A stretch of DNA of 64,000 nucleotides from Octopus sinensis (lineage: Eukaryota), in NCBI RefSeq assembly GCF_006345805.1, contig NC_043011.1, forward strand, positions 62,322,464 through 62,386,463. Reading direction: 5' to 3'. The position numbers and the translations under genes were made by a program. The notes under the pieces are model-generated. The model was given only the letters and a program-made list of their open reading frames with translations. It had not been told where the DNA came from and searched no databases. Positions 1 through 12,905 of the stretch are shown here, piece after piece (the stretch's first letter is position 1; every line of letters begins with the position of its first letter).

Positions 1-766
1 ACACTAAATTCTAAGAATATAAATCCTCCTTTCAAAAAACTAGAAACTTTCGTATACCATAAAACGAATCGTTTCAATCCCTAAATTAAACGTCTTCTCG
101 GATAAAACAGGAAATATGGATCCTATTACCATCGAGGGATACAACAAATTCATAAAGAAGGAACTCTATAAATCTTACAAGCTCGCACCAACATTCGTCT
201 TTGACGACATCAACACCAACCATTGCAAACATATGAAGAAATTACACGTGGATGACCGTTGAGGACCATACTGCCCTACAATTCCACACTTGACCCTCAA
301 CGATCATAAGAATGACTTTATAACCAAACCATCAATATGCCACATATGCCCCACCAAATCCGATCTGGGAAGAATAAGTAGAAATATTTTGGACAAAATA
401 ATACCAATCGTCAAGGAGAGATTAACGTCAACTTATGGTCCTGTACAGGTGAACTTATATCATGGTTCCATCTCTTGAACAACAAAAAACTCTTATTCTT
501 TGCTACAATTCTTTATAAATAATTACTATTCTTCTGTTTCTCGCAAACTTCTTAATCAAGCTCTCCTTCTAGATAGGAATCTAATTAAACTTAACCCATT
601 AGAAATTAACATAATCCTTAAACCCCGCAAAACTCTTATTTCTTTTGAGAACAAACTCTGGTGCCGGGCCATTCGCCATAACAATACTAATAACCATAAC
701 AATTTATTTGACATTACCATGGGATCATCTGACTCCGTTCAGGTCACTGACCTCGTTGGACTATAA
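1..766 (+). pseudogene. Decayed Penelope-like element (PLE) reverse transcriptase fragment, resembling the Naiad type; runs off the left edge
   Basis: Translation across stops and frameshifts gives FSDKTGNM...YNKFIKKELYKSYKLA...DDR*...TLNDHKNDF...ICPTKSDLGRISRNILDKI...LLQFFINNYYSSVSRKLLNQAL...KPRKTLISF...LFDITMGSSDSVQVTDLVGL. This follows, in order, the PLE RT pattern as I recall it (ADKT, TLKDHK, PAKSEIG, FDIxxFYPS, FDVTMGSxDGAEVCELVGL). It has in-frame stops and the catalytic Asp of FDI is lost. Confidence 0.8.
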
Positions 767-769
767 TAC

Positions 770-1115
770 TCCGCTAAGTTACAGGAACATAAACCCACCA
801 ACACTGGTTGCTAAGCAGCGATGGGTGTAAGGAACACGAACGCAAAGACACATACACATAGACATATATATATATATATATATATATGTAGATATGTATA
901 TATGCATATACATACGCATACACACAAACGCACACACACATACACACGCACACATATATACACGACGAGCTTCTTTCAGTTTCCGCCTACCAAATCCACT
1001 CACAAGAGTCTGGTACGTCGTGATTATAGTAGAAACACAGGCCCATGATGTTACGCAGTGAGACTGAACCCGGGACCATGTGTTTGAGAAGCAAGCTTCT
1101 TACCACACAGCCAAG
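770..1115 (-). mobile_element. tRNA-derived SINE, family B (bipartite, internal TA/CA microsatellite)
   Basis: Head (reverse complement of ggctgtgtggtaagaagcttgc...ggttcagtc) at about 960-1115 and tail fragment at about 770-830; the same sequence recurs many times in the window. Confidence 0.75.
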
Positions 1116-1573
1116 CTATGATTTAATTTTATTACTCGAGTCTTGCCACACGATGAGATGCGGGGACTTCCACGTTCTTTTTATCGTGGAGTGATTTTTA
1201 TTTCAAGAATCCGCAACCAACCGACCAACCAGCCAACCAACAATTTCCTCAATGAACCAACCAACCAACCAACCAGCCAACCAACCAGCCAGCCAGCCAA
1301 CCAACCAACCATCCCGCAATTCTTGTCATAACATCGAACATCATTTGTCCTACAGCCGTCCTTCGTTCAGAGAGGTTCCAATGTCGTCACTATCGCCCCC
1401 ACAACAATCAGAACAGACAATGTAGAATAAGAGGTAAGATGACAAATGCAGAGGCGGGTTGGGGGGGGGCGGACAAGGAAACGTGGGAGGGTGGGAGTGA
1501 AAGCCTGATCGATATTCCATCGAAACCAAAATGAAGATATAAATAAACGAGAATATAAAAACGTGTAGATTTC

Positions 1574-1581
1574 TGACGTCA
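1574..1581. promoter_or_regulatory. Perfect CRE palindrome TGACGTCA in a candidate promoter region (about 1440-1680)
   Basis: TGACGTCA at 1574-1581, TATAAAA at 1554-1560, a G-rich GC-box-like run near 1455-1470, TTAACGTCA near 1603 and CACGTG near 1632, all in non-repetitive DNA. Function is inferred only. Confidence 0.25.
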
Positions 1582-1719
1582 CTAATTTTCCGAGATGAAT
1601 GCTTAACGTCATCTCGTAGAAGTCACAGAATCACGTGGTTAGCTCTCTGTCTGTCTGTCTCTCTGCCCGTCTCACTCACTTTCACCCACATAGGCTTTTC
1701 GTCACACACATACACACAC

Positions 1720-1751
<32 letters not shown>

Positions 1752-1960
1752 GATTTTCTTCTCTCGTCTATTCTGTTTATTTCTAAAGACCTACAAACAC
1801 ATGAGTTTGCATTGATTTCATTCAGAAATGTCGAATCCCATATCTATTTTTAAACATTTGCCGGAAATATGATGTCGTGATGTTCATCTCAATATCAGCA
1901 TCATCAACTTCCCCTTCTCCCCTTCCCTCTCTCGTCCGCCTCATCATCATCATAAGCACC

Positions 1961-2045
1961 CTTCTTCTTCTTCTTCTTCTTCTTCTTCTTCTTCTTCTTC
2001 TTCTTCTTCTTCTTCTTCTTCTTCTTCTTCTTCTTCTTCGTCTTC
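1961..2045. repeat. (CTT)n microsatellite
   Basis: Seen directly. Confidence 0.95.
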
Positions 2046-2096
2046 TTTAAGTCAATGAGAGTGGTTTGTACGTATATATACATGTACGCTTGTATG

Positions 2097-2135
<39 letters not shown>

Positions 2136-2359
2136 AACTATGTATATATATGTGCATGTGCGCGTATACATATACATATGAAAGTATGTTGATGCAAAAC
2201 GCACGAAACTGTTGGACCTTGAGTCACTCTGTTACATAGGTGCTTCTGATGAGAACCCAATAAGGGTTGAAAATCCATTAATATAGTTCATAATTTTTTT
2301 CGGGCTGCGGAGAAATGGTTAAAATTTGCCCTGTTTATAATTATACCATGTTGCAGATG

Positions 2360-2439
<80 letters not shown>

Positions 2440-2690
2440 TATAAAACAAATCGCTGAACGAGGTATAAACAGTAGCTGCACGACAATGTGAAGTATATTT
2501 GCCACTTAAATGTAGCTAACCACTAAGGGTGGATGCTACTGTAGCTTTTAGCCCCAGAACATCTTCTCCAGTTGGCTATTGACACACTTTCTGTGCCCTA
2601 TAAGGTTTTGCAAAGGGAAGCCATCCTTCCCATCGTCGACCTGACGTGATACACACGGACCCGGGTTTCTGAGTATTTACCCGTCGTCAG

Positions 2691-2770
2691 CGCACGGCAA
2701 TCACCGGTCTTCGAGATCAATGTATTTGCATTGGGACCCCTTCGCATCGAAGACCGGTGATTGTCGTGCG
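2691..2770. repeat. 80-nt hairpin with a 24-bp stem
   Basis: cgcacggcaatcaccggtcttcga (2691-2714) pairs with tcgaagaccggtgattgtcgtgcg (2747-2770) with one G:U; the loop contains a caatg/cattg mini-stem. Confidence 0.85.
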
Positions 2771-3159
2771 GTGATTGTCTACGAAATCCACTGATAATGC
2801 TTTGGTCTGCCCGAGACTAGAATAGAAGATACTTACCTAAGGTGCAGTGCAGTGGGACTGAACCTGGAAGCATGTGGTTGGGAAGCAAGTTTCTTACCAC
2901 ACAGACACTCCTGCGCCTATTGTTAAACAATTCCAGATTCAGAGGAAAGTATGAACACCACGACACCACATCTTTCTTGTTGCTCTTCCGACGGATTTAA
3001 GACATTTTGCTTTATATTAATACGAACGGATTATAAAATCGTTAAGTCTGCAACATCAGTGTTGCTATTTATAGTCACAAACCGATTCCATCAAAATATC
3101 TCCTCCATCTCACCCACTCTCTCACCCACTCTCTCACCCACTCTCTCACCCACTCTCTC

Positions 3160-3198
<39 letters not shown>

Positions 3199-3440
3199 AA
3201 GTATAACCTTCTTTATATAACTCTTAGTCTCTCTTTGCCTATCCCGTTCTCTCTAAACTCTAGTGTCTAACATTTCCAAGCACTTTCAGCGCAAAATACG
3301 AATGAATAATTGATGTTTACGAAGATACTGACGTCAGTTAAAAGTGTGTAGGACGTCACTCCGCCGTGGAGTAGTCTGTTATATATATATTATATATATA
3401 TGTATATATATATATATATATATATTATTATATATATATG

Positions 3441-3478
<38 letters not shown>

Positions 3479-3720
3479 GGTGTGTATATATATATATATC
3501 GTATAAATACACACACACACACATATATATATATGTATGTATATATGTGTGTGCATATGTGTAGGACTGGCTGTGTATACGCCTGAGTATGCGCATGTAA
3601 TCCTGCATGTATACATACATATTTATTTTTATATACACACACCCACATATATATGTATATATGTATACATGTATATATGTATATATATACATATATACAT
3701 ACATACATACTTACATATAT

Positions 3721-3808
<88 letters not shown>

Positions 3809-4027
3809 AGTATGTATGTATGCACACACATGTATCTGTGGCGTATGTATCCATACTTTTTACGTTTACTGGTCTCAGCCATAGGTTGTAGCCATGTTTT
3901 CAGGCATCGCCTTTTGTATGATTGTTTCCAGTTGTTTATTTTTTTTCTTTCACTCTCCTTGTCCGGTCTTCTCTTATATATACATGTATATTAATTGTTA
4001 ACAAGTGCTGTTAGTAGTATTAATGCA

Positions 4028-4170
4028 AGAATGTATTTCGTCTGCCACTACGTTCAAATTCCACCGAGGTCGACTTTGCCTTTCATCCCCTCGGAGTCGA
4101 TTAAATATGTACCAGTTATACACTGGTGTCGATGTAATCGACTTAATCCCCTACCCTGAATCTGCCCTTG
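4028..4170 (+). mobile_element. tRNA-derived SINE, family A
   Basis: B-box gttcaaattcc followed by the core gaggtcgactttgcctttcatcc...gtcgat...taccag...gtcgatgtaatcgact shared by more than 15 copies in the window. Confidence 0.75.
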
Positions 4171-4466
4171 TGGAAAAAAATTGAAATCATTATTAATGCA
4201 AGAATTAAGAAAAAAAGGCGACGGATTGGCAAGATCTTTAGTACAGAGGGCTTAATGGTTAGTGGCATTTCTTTCGTGTACGCGTTCTCAGTTCAAATTC
4301 CATCGAGATTTTCTTTGACCTTTATCCTTTCGGACCTGAACCTGGTCTAAAGAAATTATTCCAGTGTATGTGTGTGTGTGTGTGTGGTGTTTGTTTGTTT
4401 AAGTGCATGGGTGAATCTGTGTGTGTACCCCACAACTCCACTTTGTTATATATATATATATATTGT

Positions 4467-4547
<81 letters not shown>

Positions 4548-5156
4548 GTATACAGAAGGAAAGAGACAAAGAAAAACAATGTTACAGTGTTAAAATGGTG
4601 CTCTCGGTTTTAATTCCGGATTTAGATTAACGACGTCAAAACCAAAATTAGGATTAGGATCATAATTAGGGTTAGCGATGTGATTGTTTTCAGTTAGTAT
4701 TCAGTTTAGTATTTGCGAAAAGCAATTAGGTTTACTGCTTGTTGCCGTTGATATTTCGCCCTTGACTGACCATCCTTGATTTTGAAAAACCTTAGTCATA
4801 AGCGTTTTCAGCCATGGTTATGTAACCTTTTCGTCGTACAAAGGTTTACATCAGATCGATGCATCCTCGTCTTATTTACATATGGCGGTATTTTGTGATC
4901 TGAGAAAGCTACGGCTTCTACTTCCAGCGGTGCCATTATTTCTAGCTGTCGACTCGTTAGTGATCGGTTTAAGGTTATAAATAAAGTAGATAGATTTGAA
5001 AGAAAAGAAAGTAACTTTTCGCTTAACGCTAATGTTTTCGTCTTCCATGAGATTAGCTTATCTGAATAATTAATATCCTAAGCAACCATACTTCTTTACG
5101 TCAACCAGTGTACAATGTAATACATTTACTAAAGGTAGGTGAGCATCCAGAATCGT

Positions 5157-5392
5157 TTCTTATTTCTTTATTGCCCACAAGGGGCTAAACACTGAGGGGA
5201 CAAACAAGGACAGACAAACGGATTAAGTCGATTATATCGACTCCAGTGCGTAACTGGTACTTATTTAATCGAACATGAAAGGATGAAAGGTAAAGTCAAC
5301 CTTGCCGGAGTTTGAACTCAGAACATAGCGGCAGAAGAAATACTTCTAAGCGTTTCGGCCGGCGTGCTAACGTTTCTGCCAGCTCGCCGCCT
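5157..5392 (-). mobile_element. tRNA-derived SINE, family A, near full length
   Basis: Reverse complement reads ggcggcgagctggcagaaacgttagcacgccggccgaaacgcttag...gagttcaaactcc...tttacctttcatcc, followed by the tail ending in aataaagaaataagaaa. Confidence 0.85.
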
Positions 5393-5395
5393 TTC

Positions 5396-5585
5396 CAGAA
5401 TCGTTACTGCGTAGGGAAAAATGCTTAGCGGCATTTCTTCTGACTTTGCACTCTGAGTTCAAATGGCACATGGGTCGACTTTACCTTTCATCCGTTCAGG
5501 GTCGATAATACAAAATACTAATGAATACTGGAGTCGATTACATCGACTTAACCACTTCGGGGAAAATGTGCCACATTTTGAAACC
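5396..5585 (+). mobile_element. tRNA-derived SINE, family A, diverged, head-to-head with the 5157-5392 copy
   Basis: cagaatcgttact...aatgcttagcggcattt...gagttcaaat...gtcgactttacctttcatcc. Confidence 0.7.
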
Positions 5586-6084
5586 ATTGTAATACATTTG
5601 CTTTGTTACTCTCCCATTCGTGGATCCTCCTTTCAGAGACAACCGATGAGGGTTCAGCAAGCTCTTGATGAACGATCTGCTCATTTGTTTACAGAATCCA
5701 AATGTTTGTGTTGTACATTGGCCCACGTCCTCCATCAAATGGACGTTGTCTGTACAGATACACGACGTGCCACACGTCTGATGTCGATGTGTTCGAAGAC
5801 CAACGCTAGATGAAGTATTTTGTTCCAGAACACAACGCACCGCCCGATCCGAGAATCGAAAACACGATCTGGTAGCCATGAGTGTAAGACCCAAACCATT
5901 AGGCTACGCGCTCTCTCATTACCATTCCATTATCACAACGACAAACGTCATGAAATCTATGCTTAGCTGATGAGGTCGTAGTAATGTCAAAACATGGTCG
6001 CAGTTGTATCCCGTATATACCGAAGAAATTAAAATGATATAAGTTATTAAGTGAAATTGTTTTATCTCAACTCACTTCTTCCAT

Positions 6085-6300
6085 GGCGGTGAGCTGGCAG
6101 AGTGGAAGTGCTGAACGGCCAGGGGAAGTGCTGAACGGCATTTCATCTGTCTTTACGTTCTGAATTCAAATTCCGCCAAGGTAGACTTTGCCTTTCATCC
6201 TTTCGGGGTCGATTAAATAAGTACCAGTTGCGTACTGGGGTCGATCTAATCGACTAGCCCTCTCCCCTAAAAGTTCGGGCCTTGTGTCTAGATTAGAAAA
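6085..6300 (+). mobile_element. tRNA-derived SINE, family A
   Basis: ggcggtgagctggcaga...gaattcaaattccgccaaggtagactttgcctttcatcctttcggggtcgat. Confidence 0.8.
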
Positions 6301-7353
6301 GAATAAGACATCCTACATGAATTAACTTATCACAGATTCAAGAATGAACAGTTATGTTATGAACAAGATAATACGATAGTTAATATTAAATTTAATATCT
6401 TAGGGTTATACTTAGTATTAGGATTAAGTAAGCAAATACTTTTCTTAATTAGTTTTAGGAATAGGATTTAGCGTTAGTTCCAGATTCACTCTAAGATAAA
6501 ACATTCTTATTAAGCATACCATTCATATTTATTTTAATATTCAGTTTCGTTTTACAATTAGAGACTAGAGCTATGATTAATAAGAAGCTTACTGCAAGCA
6601 TTAAGATTAACGTTATGATTTTAATATTTAGTATGGCTTTAGCTGTCTATATAAGTTTAATATAGCAGTGGCGTACAGGAGTTGTATGTCATCAGATGCT
6701 TTGTAGTACTCACAATAATTACTTTGTTCTAAGTATTGTTCAAAAGAGAAACATATTAACTTTAGGTTGTTTCCTTGTAAATAATATGACTTGGACGCAG
6801 GCAACCACAAATGGTTAAGGAATCCGCATCGCAATCACTAGGTCTCAAGATTGATCTTTATATGGGCCCTCTTCGTTATGCGTCTTTTACCATAACCATG
6901 AGTCGATTGAAAGCTTTAGAAGTATAATTTGGATGATGAATGTATGCTACACGGAAGACATGTTTGATGGGATCTCCAAATTATTCAAAGGTCCAACCCT
7001 GTCATATATCGCGTCACACTGTTTCGCCCAGACATTAGAGGAAACACACGTTTATGGCTGGCATATTCAGACATTTACACATTCACACACGTCCATACGC
7101 ACACATACACATACACACACACGCTCACCTCCATTCACAAATACATACTTACACACATTCTCACATACGCAAACACATTTGCACACCTTAGATCGTTGGG
7201 GGGGTCACCATTACCGTTATTATTATTATTGTTATTATCTCCCTTTCATTCAGCCTCTTTTTTCAGTCATCTCACTTTGTTGGACCGTTGAACTCTGCAG
7301 ATTTTTTCTCTCTCCATTTGTTTTCATTCTCTCTCTGTTTTCCCCTCTTAATC

Positions 7354-7389
7354 CTTTCTGTTAAAGAGCATTTGCTCGAAACGTAAAAG
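7354..7389 (+). ncRNA. Degenerate minimal hammerhead-like motif, family 2
   Basis: cttt-CTGTTAA-a-gagc-attt-gctc-GAAA-cg-TA-aaag: stem I cttt/aaag, stem II gagc/gctc; the core differs from CUGANGA. Confidence 0.4.
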
Positions 7390-7501
7390 ACTTTTCCAGT
7401 TTTGCCGAGCATTAAACTAATACACCTGCCTTGATTTTCTGGAAATTTGCTTAGTCATTACGAAGATTAACATTTTTTACACTTACTGACACCTACATCT
7501 A

Positions 7502-7547
<46 letters not shown>

Positions 7548-8239
7548 TAGATAGATAGATAGATAGAATGATTCTAGCTAGATATAGATGTATATATATA
7601 TATAGATAGATATATGGGTATGCATATATATATGTACATACATACATAAATACATACAGCTATATACAGTTACACATGCACTAACACACAAGCAACAAAC
7701 ACTACTAATAACAAAATATGTTCTAGCGAGGTGAATGCGTGGGAGTTAATACTTAGAAGCTAAAACTGTTATCACCTAAATTGCAGAAACGCTTCTTGTG
7801 TGGGTGGGAAGATGACGTTGTATCGATAACTTTACTACGAATGGAGTAAAAAATAAATAAATAAATGTGATAAGCCAACATTGAACGCTTTACATTAGGT
7901 GTATTGATTATTGTGCGTCTGCTTTGATCTAGATAATATAAGACTTTGGAAACAGTAAAGCAATCATTTGGGAAATATCAGAGACGAAATATTAAAGAAT
8001 GACCTAAGAAGGGGTAAGAAATGACTACGAACGCAATGGCACGTGAATATATATACATTCAACATACATACATACAGACATTCAGATAAAAATACATACG
8101 TATATACATGCGTATCTGCTAACATAGGTACATAGACATAGATTTACACACGTTACAACCACAAACAAGTACAATACATTACATATTTGTGCATGCACAC
8201 ACAAGCACGCATATAAATCTATCTGCATATATAATATAT

Positions 8240-8291
<52 letters not shown>

Positions 8292-8408
8292 ATAAATGTA
8301 TGTATATATATATATGTATATATATATATATAATGTATGTATATATATATAATATATATATGTATATATATGTATAATATATAATATACATGTATATATA
8401 TATGTGTG

Positions 8409-8449
<41 letters not shown>

Positions 8450-8451
8450 TA

Positions 8452-8487
<36 letters not shown>

Positions 8488-9610
8488 TATATATATATAT
8501 AATATATATATATATATATAATATATATATACTATATTAAAAATAAGGAATACTCCGAAGTATTAACAGCATTCCATTTAATTCTATAATCATTTACTGC
8601 CTTTTAAGATCAACTTATGAAAACTTGAGAGCAAACTGCTAATCGTTCTGGAGTATTCCCTGAATTTTACTAATATATATATATATATATATATATATAA
8701 TACACACACACACACACATATATATGTATGCAGATAGATGTGTATGTCTGTATATAAAACATAAATATGTAATAAAAATGTAAGCGAATTTTTTACACAC
8801 ACACACAGACGCACGCACATATTTATACATCCGCATATGTGTGCAGATGAATACGTGCGTGTTTATGTCTGTGTGTATCAAGTTGATGTTGTTTATCTGT
8901 GTGGGTGTTGACAAAAGAAATATTGCTACCGGCAACATGAAACACTTCAAAAAACACTCGAAATTTGTAAATTGAACAGCAAAATAAATTTGAATCAGTA
9001 TGAAAATATTTGTGAGGGCGTGCGTGGTCACGAGTTCAAATCCCACTCCCACCTAAACAGCATTTTCATTATAATTATATATATATTGTTGTTTTTATTC
9101 TATATTTTTTCATGGTAATTTGTTTATGCTTTAAGCTTCATTAGGACGTCGGAAAAAAAAAAGAAAAACAGAATCTGCGTCATGTATTTCGACTATTTGA
9201 GTTCAAATCTCGGCAAAGTGAATATAAATTACCATTTTTTTGGAATCAGTAAAATAAAATCGCAGTGGAGAATTGGGATTGACAGTAACAATTTACCCCC
9301 ACCTGAAACTAGGAATTCTTGAAAATTAGAAATAGTATATATCTTTTAAATACATATTTCCATAACTTCTAAATTTCCAATGCAGGATTACAACGATGGT
9401 TGATAATTCGATTGGTCATAGGTATACTGCATTTGAGCTGGCCTAGCATTTAACAACAAACAAAAAGGTAACGTAGCCAACTAAAATATATACCATGCAA
9501 TTAAAATATATATTACCAGTATTATAATCGTCTCAGTTTAGTGTACCTCAAATTTGGGATCAACAAAGCTTTGCACACGTCAGCTTATCTATTATTTGTT
9601 GTTTAAATAT

Positions 9611-10024
9611 TAGGAATGGTAGTTCTTAGGGGGCTACGAACGATGGATTCAGTGTCCGTAACTGATGAAGCGTAACAATGCAGAAACATGTGTCCTATTG
9701 TCCAATGATATCATTCATAACCCATATTGTGAATAAGGAAGGTTTCTACTCTCAAGAAAATTTCTGCAAGGAAATTCTTTCCTCGTTTCTGTATACATGA
9801 ATATGTTAAATATAAATCTACACATATTTCCAATCAACGCTTCTTGGTTTACCTTTAATTAATTAATTCCAGCTTGACAAAGCTTTTCACCTGTCTGAAA
9901 ATTATGATTTGCTTTTTAATTATAGGAATGGTAGTTCTTAGAGGGCTACGAATGCATGATTCCGATAACGGCACGCGACGACGCAGAAACGCATGTCCTT
10001 ACGGGCTGATGACGTCATTCATAA
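9611..10024 (+). repeat. Diverged direct repeat of about 105 bp (9611-9720 and 9923-10024) with hammerhead-like cores
   Basis: Both copies begin taggaatggtagttcttag(g/a)gggctacgaa and end tcattcataa; copy 1 has CTGATGA (9662-9668) and GAAA (9683-9686). Confidence 0.6.
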
Positions 10025-10058
10025 TACAGTGATGTGTTTCCCATACTTATTGCCTGTG

Positions 10059-10102
<44 letters not shown>

Positions 10103-11614
10103 AAACAATTTCCTCAGCGAAGGTCTTTCCACGTTCGAGTATACACGATTGTGGTAGATATAATTGTTCACAGCTATATTTGAACCAACGCTGCTTAGTG
10201 TTCCTCTAGTTAATACATAATACCCTTCCATCGCACTCAACCGATTCTATAGAGCATGCACAAACGGAGACACGGTTAACAGATTAATTATTGTCTATGA
10301 GAATCACCCGCATGACTCTCCCCTCTCTCTTACTCGTTCTACAATATTGATCTTCGGATTAACACGTTTTCTTCTTCTCGGTTTATCTTTCATTGCTTTT
10401 CATTCCCCCTTCTCTTTCTCCCTATATTACGCCATCTATCAAATCATGCGAGAGATACATGCTACATCCAACTAGCAACCCAAGCTGTAGGACCTGTATT
10501 TCATTTGAACAAAGTAGAGCATAGACAAGTAATTGAAATAAATTTACACCAGAGTCTAATAAACAGCGCAGAGTAGTTTATTTTAATGTACTTTGACTGG
10601 AGTTAATGAATTAAGATGATTCACTCATTCACTTTCTTTATACATTTGTCACCTTGTTCCTCGCTTTGAAATCAAATTAACGTTACAGTCAAAATGGCGA
10701 TTCGACATTTTACGAATATTACGGTATTCGTCTTGATCACCTCATGGTTTGGCGATGCATTCGAGGAGGCAATTTATATCGATAAAAATCATCCAGAATT
10801 ATTTCCTCCATGTTTGCAATATCATTGCAAATCTTATAGAAATAGTTGGACGTTACCAACTGACAGAATAAGCAATAATGGTTCAATTCGTGGCATAGGC
10901 GTTTGACATTACTTACTTCACGTATAGGAGAGTTTCACACCATGTGATCTTGTGTGTTAAATAAAGATAAAGAGTCTTTAGTAGAAAGTCGATTTCTCAT
11001 GAACAAAACATTTCTGATTTCTCACTGCTACAAAATAATCGTCTTTTAAGGATTGTAAAAAAAAAAAAAAGAAAGAAAAGGAAGCTTGTTGCCCAATCAG
11101 GTATTTCCGGGTTCAATCCACCAACGTGATACCTTCAGGAAGTGTCTCTACGAGTCGAACGTGACCGTCTGAATAGACACAGAGACAGAAAACTGCGCAG
11201 ATAGCTATACACACGGCATCAATTCTTATATGGCAGATTTAATCTTTCTCTACGCTTACCCATAATCGCTTTTACCCCTGTATGAACCTCAACTGCTTTT
11301 TGCAGAATCCACCCTCTTACATACACTTGGGCATGGCTCAACTCCATATTTTCATGTTCTGTTTCCTATGTCAGAAACCTTTGAGTCGTGTTTTTTTCTC
11401 TTCCTTTCCTCTACATCCACCACCCTCTTTTACGTTACATCTTACTGGCTTAAGAAAAAAGAAGATATATTTGTTACATTATGTCTGAGAGAAAAATATG
11501 CAATAGTTATGAGAAGAATGGCTTTCATCATATTTCTACAGGATTGAAGCCAGCCAAGTTCTAAACAGCAACATGTTCGCCATATGCCGTCTTTGGTATT
11601 ACGTAACAGCCATG

Positions 11615-12095
11615 TGGAAATGTCGATATCACCAACAGGTCCCATATAAGGTTGATATCATACGCAGGTTTATCTTAAAGTCGATATCGAATACAGCGTC
11701 ATGATAAAGCCGATGTCACCGTGCCATTATAAACTCGATATCACATACAACGTTATGACAAAGTCGATATCACGTATAAAAGGGCGGCGAGCTGGCAGAA
11801 TCTTTAGCATGCTGGGCGAAATGCTTAGCGCTATTTCGTCTGCCGTTACATTCTGAGTTCAAATTCTGCCGAGGTCGACTTTGCCTTTTATCCTTTCTGG
11901 GTCGATAAATTAAGTAGCAGTTGCGTACTAGGGTTGAAACTAATGTAAAGCGGGTACCAGAGACCGCGTCACTATAAAACCGATATCACATCGCCATTAC
12001 GACGTTCCTATTACATCTAAGATCATTATGAATTCGATATCACATACAGGACCATATCAAAGTTTATATCACATACAGGATTATTATGAAGTCAT
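11615..12095. repeat. Degenerate 29-bp minisatellite interrupted by a SINE
   Basis: Core aaagtcgatatcacatacag at 11622, 11651, 11680, 11709, 11735 and 11763, then 11979, 12033 and 12062. Confidence 0.75.
11782..11940 (+). mobile_element. tRNA-derived SINE, family A, inserted in the 29-bp array
   Basis: gggcggcgagctggcagaatc...gagttcaaattctgccgaggtcgactttgcc. Confidence 0.85.
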
Positions 12096-12481
12096 TCTGC
12101 AGATTTTAGATGTCTATAACTTCAGTCCCCTCGATGTTAGAATTAACTAACAAAACGAAAAGCAACAGAAATTTATTATATTTTAAAATAAGATTATTTT
12201 TGAGATTAGTTTTCCTCATCAGGTCTCCCGCCATTGTTATGCAAATCTTGATGTAGTTTGGAAGTCTAAGAAATACAATTATTTAAAAGGAAAAAAAGAT
12301 TTCACCGTTAAGTTTTTAATTGTGCGTCGAATCACATAATTTCTTTTATCTTCCTGCCCGCAAGTCATGTCCTATATAACGAGGTTTTGTTCAGTAGGGA
12401 GTAGCCTTAAGATCTTCCAGAAAAAAAATAGTTCAAATAATATTTTCTATTCTTTTTTGAGAAAATAAAGAATAAATTAAT

Positions 12482-12905
12482 GTGACTGCGTGGTAAGAAG
12501 TTTGCTTCCCAACCAAATGGTTCTGGGTTCATTCCTACTGCGTGTCTTCTACCATGGCTCTGGGCCGACCAAATCCTTGTGAGTGGATTTCATAGACGGA
12601 AACCGAAAAACTTCCTCGTGTGCTTACACTCACACGCGCACACACACACATGTATGCATGTATATGCGTGCGTGTGTGTGTGAGTGTGTGTGTGTCTGTG
12701 AATGTGTGCGTATATCAATGTATGAATGTTTTGTGTTTGTCCATCACAACCGCTTAACAACCGGTGTTGGTTTGATTAGGTCCTAATTACTAAACAATCG
12801 TAGGCTTTAAGAAAAAAGAAGTACTAGAGGCGATTCGTTCGACTAAAAGTCTTTGAAGGCGATGCTCCAACATGGCCACAGTCCAGTAATTGAAACAAGT
12901 AAAAG
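12482..12905 (+). mobile_element. tRNA-derived SINE, family B, full bipartite copy
   Basis: Head gtggtaagaagtttgcttcccaacc...gggttcattcc, internal CA/TG microsatellite, and tail ...gctccaacatggccacagtc...gaaacaagtaaaagag. Confidence 0.8.

Noticed and set aside
3344-3994. [12 protein letters not shown] ORFs here and throughout the window
   Set aside because: Translations of (TA)n and (CA)n repeats.
5463-5894. 116-aa and 118-aa overlapping ORFs
   Set aside because: They span SINE family A and C sequence and show no protein-like features.
11615-12095. CRISPR array
   Set aside because: Eukaryotic context, no cas genes, units too short and linkers related to each other.
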